A stretch of DNA of 47,697 bases, from NCBI GenBank assembly GCA_003135555.1, contig PLCF01000011.1, positions 16,634 to 64,330 of the forward strand, given 5' to 3'. The position numbers were made by a program, and so were the translations under genes. Shown here piece after piece: positions 35,038 to 44,051 of the stretch. Origin of the DNA: Vulcanimicrobiota bacterium (GTDB taxonomy: Bacteria > Vulcanimicrobiota > Vulcanimicrobiia > Vulcanimicrobiales > Vulcanimicrobiaceae). Under the pieces are notes generated by a model, which did not search any database, was not told the origin of the DNA, and saw only the letters and a list, made by a program, of their open reading frames with translations. Every line of letters starts with the position of its first letter. Within the stretch, counting starts at the first letter, position 1.

Positions 35038-36450
35038 ATGGAACGGTTCGCGGACGATTTACAGGCGGCGATGGCTGGGGCTGGCTTGACGGCGGCGCAG
35101 GTGGCCCAGCAGGCAGGCCTGACCGAGGGAGCCATCTCCCTGCTGCGGAGCGGGCGGCGCGAGCCGTCGTACCGCACGGTGCGGGCGCTGGCGGCAGTAT
35201 TGCCAGCCCTAGGGCGGCGATTCGACGCGGAGCGTACCACCGTCGACTCGATCGAGTCCGCGATCGCCGAGGTCAAGGCCGGCAAGATGGTCATCGTCAT
35301 GGACGACGAGGATCGCGAGAACGAGGGCGACCTGGTGATGGCCGCCGAGAAGGTCACGCCCGAGGCGATCAACTTCATGCGCAAGGAAGGCGGCGGCCTG
35401 ATCTGCGTACCGATGTTGTCGGCACGGTTGGACGCGCTGCAGATCCCCAACATGGTCAACGACAATACCGCGCCGCTGGGCACCGCGTTCTCCGTCTCGG
35501 TGGAAGCGCGCGGGCGCGTCACCACCGGCATCTCGGCGCAGGATCGTTCGAATACGATTCGCGCCTTGATCGACACGAACTGCGGCCCGTCTGATTTCCT
35601 CCGGCCGGGGCATACCTTTCCGCTGCGCGCTCGCGATGGCGGCGTGCTCGTGCGGGCTGGGCAGACCGAGGCTTCGGTCGACCTCGCGAGACTCGCCGGA
35701 CTCTACCCCGCCGGCGTCATCTGCGAGATCATGGACGACGACGGCTCCATGATGCGCCGCGACAACCTCAAGGCGTTCGCCGAGAAGCACGAGCTGCGGA
35801 TAATCACGGTCAAGGATCTGATCGCCTACCGCATGCGCCACGAAAAGCTCGTCGAGCGCATCGCAGAGTTCGCGCTGCCGACCGTCAACGGCGCATTTCG
35901 CGGTGTCGCGTACGAAACCAAGACCGACGGGATCGCGCACGTCGCGCTGGTCATGGGCGAGATCGGGAACGGCAAGGACGTTCTCGTGCGCGTGCACAGT
36001 GAATGCCTTACCGGCGACGCGCTCCACTCACTGCGCTGCGATTGCGGCCCGCAGCGCGATGCCGCGCTGGCGGCGATTGCACGCGAAGGCCGCGGGGTGT
36101 TCTTGTACCTGCACCAAGAAGGTCGCGGCATCGGCCTCTCCAACAAACTGCGCGCCTACGCCCTCCAAGACGCCGGCGCCGACACGGTCGAAGCCAACAC
36201 GCTGCTGGGACTCCCGGCCGATAAGCGCGATTACGGGATCGGTTCGCAGATCCTCGTCGACCTAGGCGTGCGCGAGATGCGGTTGCTGACCAACAATCCC
36301 AAGAAGATCGCCGGTCTCGAGGGGTACGGGCTCACGATCAAGGAGCGCGTCCCGCTCCAAATCGCGCCCACCGCGCACAACGCACACTACATGGACACCA
36401 AACGCGACAAGATGGGCCACATGTTCGGCGCCCCTCCGGGTGCGGAATGA
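35038..36450 (+). CDS. ribBA: Bifunctional DHBP synthase/GTP cyclohydrolase II with extra N-terminal XRE-type HTH
   Basis: [52 protein letters not shown]-terminal ~60 aa GLT..QVA..AGLT.GAIS.L.SG.REPS..TV..LA. Confidence 0.95.
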   Translation: MERFADDLQAAMAGAGLTAAQVAQQAGLTEGAISLLRSGRREPSYRTVRALAAVLPALGRRFDAERTTVDSIESAIAEVKAGKMVIVMDDEDRENEGDLVMAAEKVTPEAINFMRKEGGGLICVPMLSARLDALQIPNMVNDNTAPLGTAFSVSVEARGRVTTGISAQDRSNTIRALIDTNCGPSDFLRPGHTFPLRARDGGVLVRAGQTEASVDLARLAGLYPAGVICEIMDDDGSMMRRDNLKAFAEKHELRIITVKDLIAYRMRHEKLVERIAEFALPTVNGAFRGVAYETKTDGIAHVALVMGEIGNGKDVLVRVHSECLTGDALHSLRCDCGPQRDAALAAIAREGRGVFLYLHQEGRGIGLSNKLRAYALQDAGADTVEANTLLGLPADKRDYGIGSQILVDLGVREMRLLTNNPKKIAGLEGYGLTIKERVPLQIAPTAHNAHYMDTKRDKMGHMFGAPPGAE

Positions 36451-36938
36451 AGACCGCAAAGAAGAAAGCGCTGCCAGACGCGAGCGGGAAACGCTTTGCC
36501 ATCGTCGTGGCCGACTTCTACGCGGACCTGGCCGCGCAGCTCGAAGACGGAGCGCGCCGCGGGCTGCGTGATTGCGGCGTTGCCGACGATGCGGTCGAGA
36601 CGGTCCGCGTCCCGGGCTGCTTCGAGCTGCCGCTCGCCGCGCGCCGGCTGATCGGCGGAGAAAACCTCGACGGCGTGGTGGCGCTCGGCATCGTGATTCG
36701 CGGCGATACACCCCACTTCGACTTTGTGGCGGGCGAGTGCGCGCGCGGCATCATGGACGTGCAGCTCGGGACCGGGATCCCGATCGGCTTCGGTGTGCTC
36801 ACGACCGACAACCGGGCGCAGGCGGAGGAACGCGCCGATCCGGCGCGCGGTGACAAAGGCTACGAAGCTGCCGTGGCCGCAGCGACCGTAGCCGTCATTG
36901 AACCCAAGCGCGAAGGGCCGAGAGTCGGCTTTCGCTGA
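36447..36938 (+). CDS. ribH: 6,7-dimethyl-8-ribityllumazine synthase
   Basis: [35 protein letters not shown]. Confidence 0.95.
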   Translation: MKTAKKKALPDASGKRFAIVVADFYADLAAQLEDGARRGLRDCGVADDAVETVRVPGCFELPLAARRLIGGENLDGVVALGIVIRGDTPHFDFVAGECARGIMDVQLGTGIPIGFGVLTTDNRAQAEERADPARGDKGYEAAVAAATVAVIEPKREGPRVGFR

Positions 36939-36953
36939 TCGGCTCGGCGAGGA

Positions 36954-37691
36954 TCAGCGGTTCATGGTGAATTCCACGGAGAATTCGTAACCGCTGGGAA
37001 CAGGCCGGCACCGGAAAATCGCTGGACTGTACGTGCTCCTCATCGCCGAGGAGGTCGAGGCCGCATTGAGTACGCCCCCCGGCGTTGAAATGATGCGAGA
37101 GAACCGTGGAATGCCGCGCTCGTCAAGTGCCACGGCGACACGGACCGTGCCTTGAGTGCCCATCTGCATTGCGGCGAGCGGCGTGTCCGGTTCGACCGCA
37201 TGTCCAACCGTCGGCGGCGAATAGGGGCGTGCACAAACGGCGGGCTCGGCGGCAACCGGATTCGCCAACACGAGCACCGGGCTACGAAGATCCGGGCGGT
37301 CGTAGCGTTCGCGCGGCTGCACGCCGGCGTGGAACGTGCACGATGCCCATTCGGGCGCGTAGATAATCCCTTCGATCGGCGCGTCAGCCCGTATGGTGAA
37401 TGACTCCTCCGATCCGTTGAAGGCCCGCTTGTTTAACGTAGTTCGCGCGACCGTTGCGGTCCACACCTTGTCCGTCCCATAGGCGATGATCTTCCCGGCT
37501 GCCGGACGGAGCGGATCGGTAATGCGCACGAAGGCGGCGTTGGGATCGCCGTCGACCTTCGTCGCGGCAAAGGTCGTCGCGCAAGCTGTATTCGGATCGA
37601 TCGCCGATTGGTCGGCAGCGATCGTCGCATGCGGCGCGAGCGCCATCGCACACACGAGGGGGATGACGGAAATCCTGGTCCGGAGTCGCAT
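36954..37691 (-). CDS. Secreted protein with C-terminal TonB-like domain
   Basis: Signal peptide; P.TP.AA...GTVRVAVALD..G...LN.A....A.RS.YSPAIFRC. Confidence 0.7.
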   Translation of the reverse strand: MRLRTRISVIPLVCAMALAPHATIAADQSAIDPNTACATTFAATKVDGDPNAAFVRITDPLRPAAGKIIAYGTDKVWTATVARTTLNKRAFNGSEESFTIRADAPIEGIIYAPEWASCTFHAGVQPRERYDRPDLRSPVLVLANPVAAEPAVCARPYSPPTVGHAVEPDTPLAAMQMGTQGTVRVAVALDERGIPRFSRIISTPGGVLNAASTSSAMRSTYSPAIFRCRPVPSGYEFSVEFTMNR

Positions 37692-37738
37692 AACGTCGGT
37701 ACCTCCGAATCGCTGCGTTGAGACAGACGACCCTTGCG

Positions 37739-38557
37739 TCAACTGAACATCACGCTGAAGATGTAAGCGCCGATAACGTGCCGGCACCGGAAGATCGCAC
37801 CCTGGAACCGAGACCGGGCGGCTGCATCGACCGCGGCGCGATCCAAATCCCGGTTTCCCGACGAGAGTTGCACGCGCGTGCCGAACAGCTTGTCGTCGGT
37901 GTCGAGCAAGACCACTACCTGCACAGTCGCTTTTACACCCGGAGCCGGGTTACGAGGCTCAAACGCGCTTACCGTTCGGGACGGGACGTTCGGTGACGGA
38001 CATGCTACCGGATCAGCCACAGGAACGGGTGCATCGAGTGGGACGACGGCCTGAGCACGCGCGCGGGTGAGCTGTTGCGCCCGTCCGGCCTCAGAGTCGG
38101 GTCGATAGACGAACGCGATGGGAATCCATGGATTGAAGACCGGATCGCACCGCTCTTGACCGCTGTCCCCGATGGCCGTGACGGCTGCGCCGTCGAGAAC
38201 CGTTGCTTCCGGGAACCGCACGACGACCGGCGGCGAGGGCGTGGTGGTCTTATCGCGCGAGTCGACGACCACCATGTTGCGGAATGGAATATCGTACCGC
38301 CGATTTGCGGCGAAGAGCGAGACGATCCCCGACGCAAGCCCGGTTTGGAGCGCACCGACCGAAACCGCGTAGCGCGTGTGCGCCCCGTCGAGATCGAGGA
38401 CGCCGGCGGAAAGCGGGCAGTAGCGTGTGCCCGGCTCGGTGCGGGCGGGGCGAGCCGATGCGACCGGCCGGGGTGTCGCGGCAGGCGAATCTGCGATGCA
38501 AGGCGCTGCCGTCGCGAGGGCGAGAAGCGCCGTCACGGCGGCGCGAAGGCTGGTCAC
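37739..38557 (-). CDS. Secreted protein with C-terminal TonB-like domain (paralog of 36954-37691)
   Basis: Signal peptide; V.V.V.LD......RV..SSGN..LD.AA..AA..SRF..AIFRC. Confidence 0.7.
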   Translation of the reverse strand: MTSLRAAVTALLALATAAPCIADSPAATPRPVASARPARTEPGTRYCPLSAGVLDLDGAHTRYAVSVGALQTGLASGIVSLFAANRRYDIPFRNMVVVDSRDKTTTPSPPVVVRFPEATVLDGAAVTAIGDSGQERCDPVFNPWIPIAFVYRPDSEAGRAQQLTRARAQAVVPLDAPVPVADPVACPSPNVPSRTVSAFEPRNPAPGVKATVQVVVLLDTDDKLFGTRVQLSSGNRDLDRAAVDAAARSRFQGAIFRCRHVIGAYIFSVMFS

Positions 38558-38611
38558 GTCGGCCGTCTTCGAAAGAGCCGCGCTGGGGTCCGCCGCCTGC
38601 CCCGCGGTGGA

Positions 38612-38640
38612 TTGCCAAGGAAGGGCCGCTACCGTATACT
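38612..38640 (+). promoter_or_regulatory. Sigma70-type promoter for zinc-ribbon gene
   Basis: TTGCCA-17bp-TATACT. Confidence 0.55.
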
Positions 38641-38727
38641 TTCGCCACGACGCCACCCCTCGGTGGGCGTCGTGTTCCCTATCCACTTCATGGGGGGCCG
38701 GGGGGCTTTGTCGTCCGGCCGACGTCG

Positions 38728-39042
38728 GTGTACGAAAATAAAGTTCTGATCTGCAAAGACTGCGGCGCCTCGTTCGACTTCTCGGTCCGTGACCAAGCCT
38801 TCTACGCCGAGAAGGGTTTCGAGAACGAGCCGCAGCGCTGTCGCGACTGCCGCAACGCGCGCAAGTCGCAGCGCTCCAACGGTCTGGGCGCCGGGCCGAT
38901 CTCAACCGCCGGGCTGCGCGAAACGTTCGCCGCCGTGTGCGCACAGTGCGGCATCGATACGACGGTTCCGTTCAAGCCGCGCGGCGATCGCCCGGTGTAC
39001 TGTCGGACCTGTTTTTCGGAGCACAACGCCCTCAGGGTATGA
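38728..39042 (+). CDS. Zinc-ribbon / CxxC-x17-CxxC domain protein
   Basis: YENK.LICKDCG..F.FS..DQ.FY.EKGF.NEP.RC..CR; C-terminal AVCAQCG....VPFKP...RPVYCRTCF. Confidence 0.9.
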   Translation: MYENKVLICKDCGASFDFSVRDQAFYAEKGFENEPQRCRDCRNARKSQRSNGLGAGPISTAGLRETFAAVCAQCGIDTTVPFKPRGDRPVYCRTCFSEHNALRV

Positions 39043-39109
39043 GGCTTTCGTCCGCGCGCCCCGGGGTGGCCGGACGGTAGACGGCTGACCCGCGCCGAAC
39101 CCGCGGCAG

Positions 39110-40102
39110 GTGGATTCGGTCTGGCCCGACGGGGATGCCGTAGGATATCTCGATCAGCGCGCATTGCCGCGTCTGGTTTCGCGCGAACGCGCGACGAGCG
39201 TAAACGACGTCGTCGAGGCGATCCGTACGCTGGCCGTCCGGGGCGCGCCGGCGATCGGAATCTTCGGCGCGTACGGCGTAGCGCTCGCGGCGCGGCTCCA
39301 CGCAGGCGATCGGTCCGCCTACGAGCGGGCGGCGGCGCAGATTCGAGCGGCGCGGCCGACGGCGGTGAACCTGGGATGGGCGGTCGATCGTGTCCTGGCC
39401 GCGCCCCCCGGTGCGGAGCTCGACGAGGCTCGCCGCATCCACGAAGAGCAGCGCGAGGTCGATCGCCGGATCGCCGCTGCCTCGATCGAGCTGTTTCCGG
39501 CCGCCGGCAACGTTCTAACCCACTGCAATACGGGCCCGATCGCCACAGGCGGCGACGGCACGGCGCTGGGCTGTTTCATCGCGGCGCACCGCGCGGGCAA
39601 GGCGCTGCACGTGTTCGTCGACGAGACGCGCCCGTTGCTGCAAGGAGCGCGCCTGACCATGTTCGAGCTGCGCGAGGGCGGCGTGCCCAGCACGCTCATC
39701 GTCGACAGCGCGGCGGCGATCACGATGCAGCGCAAGGACGTGCGGGCCGTCGTCGTCGGCGCGGATCGCGTCGCGCGTAACGGCGACACGGCCAACAAGA
39801 TCGGTACGTACGGCGTCGCGATCGCCGCGGCGCATCACGGCATTCCGTTCTACGTCGCCGCGCCCCGTTCGACGTTCGACTTCAGCCTCGAAACGGGCGC
39901 ACAAATTCCGATCGAAGAGCGCTCGGCCGACGAGGTGCGAATCGGGCCTGATGACGCCGTGTTCAACCCGGCCTTCGACGTGACGCCGGGCCGCTTGATC
40001 ACCGGGTTCATCACCGAGTACGGCGTGCTCGCGCCGCCGTACGCGGACAGCATCGCCGATCTCGAGCACCGCCCGAACCTCGCTGCGATCGCCCGGCCGT
40101 GA
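39110..40102 (+). CDS. mtnA: S-methyl-5-thioribose-1-phosphate isomerase
   Basis: LDQR.LP, VRGAPAIG, ARPTAVNL, THCNTG, ETRPLLQGARLT, NKIGTY, NPAFDVTP. Confidence 0.95.
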   Translation: MDSVWPDGDAVGYLDQRALPRLVSRERATSVNDVVEAIRTLAVRGAPAIGIFGAYGVALAARLHAGDRSAYERAAAQIRAARPTAVNLGWAVDRVLAAPPGAELDEARRIHEEQREVDRRIAAASIELFPAAGNVLTHCNTGPIATGGDGTALGCFIAAHRAGKALHVFVDETRPLLQGARLTMFELREGGVPSTLIVDSAAAITMQRKDVRAVVVGADRVARNGDTANKIGTYGVAIAAAHHGIPFYVAAPRSTFDFSLETGAQIPIEERSADEVRIGPDDAVFNPAFDVTPGRLITGFITEYGVLAPPYADSIADLEHRPNLAAIARP

Positions 40103-41088
40103 AGTTTTACGACTTCCTCGACAAGGAGCCCAAGATCGATGCGCTCGTGATCATCGAGGGCGAGGACGTGATCCTGGCGCAACGCGCCTTGGACGCGGTT
40201 TTGGATCGGCTGCTGCCCGAGGATATGCGCGCGCTGAATTGCGACGTGTTCGAAGGCCCCGAAAGCGATGCGCTCGGCCGCAATGTGGGCGACGCGGTGA
40301 ACGCGATGCCCTTTCTGGCCGACCGGCGCGTGGTCGTGGTGCGCAACTGCCAGCGGCTGCGCGCACAGCCCCGGCGCGATCTGTGGGCCGTCGCCGAGAA
40401 CGTGCCGACCGGCAACACGCTCATCCTCGAAGATCTCTTTGCGCCCGCCAAGAAAACGAAGCCCGAGCCCTTTGGCCAGCTCGCCGGACGCAAAGGGCTG
40501 CGTATCGACACGACGCCCAACGCCGACGTGCGCGAACGCGTCGTGCGCGAGACCCTCGAGCAGCTGGGTGCGAAGGCGCAGCCGCGGGTCGTCATGATGC
40601 TGGCCGAAAGCGACGCCGACATCGGGTCGATCCGCAACGACCTCGAAAAGCTCGCGCTCGGCGGCAAGACGATCACCGTGGCCGACCTGGAACGTGAGAG
40701 CCTCAGCGTCGAGGACCCCAAGGCGTGGCACTATGCGGCCGCGGTCGTCGAGGGCCGGCCCGCCGAGGCGCTGGCGATCGCGTTCGACCTCTTCGCCGGC
40801 GACCCGCGCGGCGCGGGGGTGCCGCTCGCGAGCGCGCTCGCGCTGGAATTCGGGCTGCTGTGGGAGCTGGCCCGGCCGGGGGGCGGCGAGCTGCCGGCGC
40901 GGCACCGCTGGCGCGAGCGGGTGCTGCGGCCCATCGCGCGGCGCGTCGGCGAGCGGCGCGCAAAGTACGGTTACGAGGCCGCCGTGCGGGGGTTCGAGGC
41001 TGTCGTGACCGGGCGAATCGATGATCCCCGGGCCATGATCGAGCTGCTCACGGCCGATTTGGCCGCGCGGCTCGCTCCGCAGCGCTGA
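40099..41088 (+). CDS. holA: DNA polymerase III delta subunit
   Basis: I.GED..LA, .N.D.F.G, AMPFLADRRVVVV, NDLEKL. Confidence 0.85.
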   Translation: MKFYDFLDKEPKIDALVIIEGEDVILAQRALDAVLDRLLPEDMRALNCDVFEGPESDALGRNVGDAVNAMPFLADRRVVVVRNCQRLRAQPRRDLWAVAENVPTGNTLILEDLFAPAKKTKPEPFGQLAGRKGLRIDTTPNADVRERVVRETLEQLGAKAQPRVVMMLAESDADIGSIRNDLEKLALGGKTITVADLERESLSVEDPKAWHYAAAVVEGRPAEALAIAFDLFAGDPRGAGVPLASALALEFGLLWELARPGGGELPARHRWRERVLRPIARRVGERRAKYGYEAAVRGFEAVVTGRIDDPRAMIELLTADLAARLAPQR

Positions 41089-41201
41089 CGGACCGGAGGA
41101 TTCGCCTCCTCTTGAATCCAACGTCGCGCTCCATCGCGGGTCGCGTTTTCGGTGCCCCGCGTCGTCGCTCGCCTTCGGCTCTCTGAGAGGTCACTCCACG
41201 C

Positions 41202-42164
41202 ATGCGTAGTCTCCTCGCCCGCCTGGCCGTCCTTGGCGCATTCGCCGTGACGATGTCCGCCTGTGCCGGCGGAAACGGATCGGCATTGCCGTTCGCCGGG
41301 GCTCCAAACGGTGCCGGTGGCGTCCCCGGTACGTTCCAGAGCGGCTCGAACGGCCAATTGCTGATTCGCTTCCTTCAGGGCTCGCCCGATCTGTTTTCGT
41401 CTTTTGGCGGCCCCCCCGCGAGTGGGAACGTGGACGTCTGCCTCGACAATCAGCCGTTGGGCCTTACCGGTGGAACCGCGAGCTACGGCCAACTCGCAAC
41501 CGGTGGCGCGAGCAACGGGACGTTGTTTGAGGTCCCCGGTGGCGGTATCAACCACACGATCGCCGTGTTCCCGGCCCTTGTGGCTTCGCAGCGGGGTCTC
41601 GAGTGCGCGACGGCGCCGGGACCGTATCTCGGTAACAACACGATCAAGGTCGCGACGCTCGTCACAGGCGCCGGTAGCAATCTTCGTTGGACGGTCGTAC
41701 TCGGCGGAACGTCGGCGAGCGGTACCCTCGGCCTCTACGTGTACGCTGAGCCGACCTACCCGATCCCGCCGGCCGGAAACGAAGTGATCTCGCACAACGC
41801 AGCACCGGCGTTCAGCACAGGGAAACCGGGCGTCGGTTTCGGATTCTGCACGACGACCGTGACGCCGTGCGTCACGGCCACAGTGTTAGCTGGTACACAA
41901 AGCATCGCTAAGCCGACCGCGACCGGCATCGGCCAAGCGACGACGACAAACGGCAGCGTGACCTCCGGCATCAACTCGGTCCCGGCTGGTTTCTTCGACG
42001 GCATCGGCGTCGCAGCCGGCACCCCAGTCCCGATTACTTCCGTCGCCGCGCCGAATGCTGTGGCCGGCCAACCGTACGTTATAACTCAATATGCCTACGA
42101 TGGCCCGGCCGGTGGACTCAACCTCATCTCGTTTGTTGAGTCGACCTTAGGTTTCGGGTTCTAA
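41202..42164 (+). CDS. Secreted/lipoprotein, Gly/Thr-rich (DUF4397-like N-terminal motif)
   Basis: Lipobox-like MSAC; IRFLQGSPD...VDVCLD. Confidence 0.65.
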   Translation: MRSLLARLAVLGAFAVTMSACAGGNGSALPFAGAPNGAGGVPGTFQSGSNGQLLIRFLQGSPDLFSSFGGPPASGNVDVCLDNQPLGLTGGTASYGQLATGGASNGTLFEVPGGGINHTIAVFPALVASQRGLECATAPGPYLGNNTIKVATLVTGAGSNLRWTVVLGGTSASGTLGLYVYAEPTYPIPPAGNEVISHNAAPAFSTGKPGVGFGFCTTTVTPCVTATVLAGTQSIAKPTATGIGQATTTNGSVTSGINSVPAGFFDGIGVAAGTPVPITSVAAPNAVAGQPYVITQYAYDGPAGGLNLISFVESTLGFGF

Positions 42165-42183
42165 CGGTAAGAACGTTCAGAAG

Positions 42184-42218
42184 AAGAGGCGCCACCGGAA
42201 ACGGTGGCCTCTTTTTTT
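42184..42218 (+). terminator. Intrinsic (likely bidirectional) terminator
   Basis: gccaccg-GAAA-cggtggc hairpin extended by agagg/cctct, followed by T7; lies between convergent genes. Confidence 0.85.
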
Positions 42219-42230
42219 GCAGAGAACGCT

Positions 42231-43928
42231 TTACGGCATAGCTTGATAGACCTCAAAGACTAGTTCCACCACGGCAATACCGTATTGGCGTCCTGACGAT
42301 GGTGAGTCTACGACCGTGTCGCACCCTGGGAAATCGGGGTACCAATGAACACTGCTTCCTGTGATCGCGTCGGAACCAGAGTATGTAAATGTGTATGGAT
42401 CCCCAATTTGCCCCGTTGCAACTGAATTGTATAAATCTGGCAGCACGGTTTTTTCGGGCCACGAAAAAGGCTCGCTGAACGTTGTGGCACCGGCGACGAC
42501 GTGATTGACAGTTGAGTATACTGAGGGCTGGCCTAAACCAATCAAACCATTTGCAGGACCTCCGATACCGGGCCCGTTCCACGGGATTGCGGCGGTTGTT
42601 GGGAAAGTGGACAGCAAAGCAAAATTCATACACTTATTTGAGACGGCGTGGATTTCGTCGATCTTGAAGAGGAGTTCGTGTGGGGGGTTCGTAGGCGGCG
42701 ATCCCGGCGTAATAGCCCAGTCGGTGAGTTGTATGTTCTGGATGGCGTCAACGAAGTGGCAGTCTTGGGGGTCTACCAGATCGCACGATATCTCTGGTGC
42801 GACATACTTGGAGAACGCCATATCCGTCATATCAACGATGCGGACGTAGCACTTTCCGTTTGTTACTAGGTCGCAAGGTTTTGGACTTGGCGTTGCGCTT
42901 GGCGATCCCGATACTGTTGCGGTGACCGGCGTCGAATCGCTGGTTGCGCCTGGCACCGCCGACGCGTCGCCTTGGATCACCACAGTGCACGTGCCCGAAG
43001 ATATGCCGGTGAGGGTGAACGTCGAGCCGGATGGTTGCGACCCGGGCGGCGTGGCGGTGCACGTTGCGTCCGTCGTTTGCTGGATTGCGACCGGGATTGA
43101 CGACGGGGTTCCCGCGGGGGCGCTACCGGGGTTCACCAGCGTTGCCTGAGCGGTGAGCGAATCGGTGCCGCCAACGGTCATCGTTGGCGATGCGAGCGAT
43201 ATGGTCACGTGGTAGCGCGGACCGGGATTCGGAGTAGGAGCCGGCGCGCACCCACCGCTCGTCACGATGTAGTTCGGCGGACAGCTCGGTGATGATAGCG
43301 GCAACGGCGGCAGCGTCGCCGGCGCGCACGGACCGCCGCACGGCGTGGGACTCGCGGCCGGCGGCGCGGGGGGCCAGGTGCTGAGCGTCACCGGACCGGT
43401 CGCGGCGAGCGTGACGCGGCAGGGCACGAAGCGGTCCGCCGATCCGCCGGCCACGTGGATCACGAAATGAAACGCCCCGCTCGCGGGACAACCGACTTCC
43501 GCCCCGGTCGTCGCATCGCCGACGTGAAAGCCTGGACGTCCGCCCAGCGCTCCGCTCACGTGCACGACGAACGCAAACGGCGGCGTGCGCAGCGCTTCGA
43601 GTTCCTCGATGGTCGCGCGCGTGTGCAGCGCCGGAAGCGTCGTGGGCGTGAGTCCGGCGCTGCCGCTGCCTGCCAGCAGGCGAACCTCGGTCCCGTCGCC
43701 ATAGGCGTCGGGGACGAACGCCAGGGTCGCACCCTGGACCTCGCGGGCGATCGTCCGGGCGCTGTCGAGCAACTGATCGAACTCGGTCGCGGCCGCTGCG
43801 ACGGCGAAGGACCGCGACGCGAGCGATACTCCGACGCCGGCCGCGACCGTCGCCGCGACGATCGCCACCGCGATGACGATCTCGATCAGCGTGAAGCCGC
43901 GCTCGTGTCCGCCGCCTCTCTCGTCCAC
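42231..43928 (-). CDS. Large type IV prepilin-like protein (N-terminal cleavage/methylation motif)
   Basis: ERG|FTLIEIVIAVAIV, then Pro-rich linkers, an Ig-like Thr-rich domain and a Cys-containing C-terminal domain. Confidence 0.8.
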   Translation of the reverse strand: MDERGGGHERGFTLIEIVIAVAIVAATVAAGVGVSLASRSFAVAAAATEFDQLLDSARTIAREVQGATLAFVPDAYGDGTEVRLLAGSGSAGLTPTTLPALHTRATIEELEALRTPPFAFVVHVSGALGGRPGFHVGDATTGAEVGCPASGAFHFVIHVAGGSADRFVPCRVTLAATGPVTLSTWPPAPPAASPTPCGGPCAPATLPPLPLSSPSCPPNYIVTSGGCAPAPTPNPGPRYHVTISLASPTMTVGGTDSLTAQATLVNPGSAPAGTPSSIPVAIQQTTDATCTATPPGSQPSGSTFTLTGISSGTCTVVIQGDASAVPGATSDSTPVTATVSGSPSATPSPKPCDLVTNGKCYVRIVDMTDMAFSKYVAPEISCDLVDPQDCHFVDAIQNIQLTDWAITPGSPPTNPPHELLFKIDEIHAVSNKCMNFALLSTFPTTAAIPWNGPGIGGPANGLIGLGQPSVYSTVNHVVAGATTFSEPFSWPEKTVLPDLYNSVATGQIGDPYTFTYSGSDAITGSSVHWYPDFPGCDTVVDSPSSGRQYGIAVVELVFEVYQAMP

Positions 43929-44051
43929 ACCGAGGGTGGTGCCGCGCTGCCCGCTCGCTCATTCGTCCGAGGGGGACAGGTCCTCCCTCCCTTCACGACC
44001 TTTCTCGTCGAGGCCGTTCGATTTGCGCCCGCGAAGCCGACGTTCGGGACC

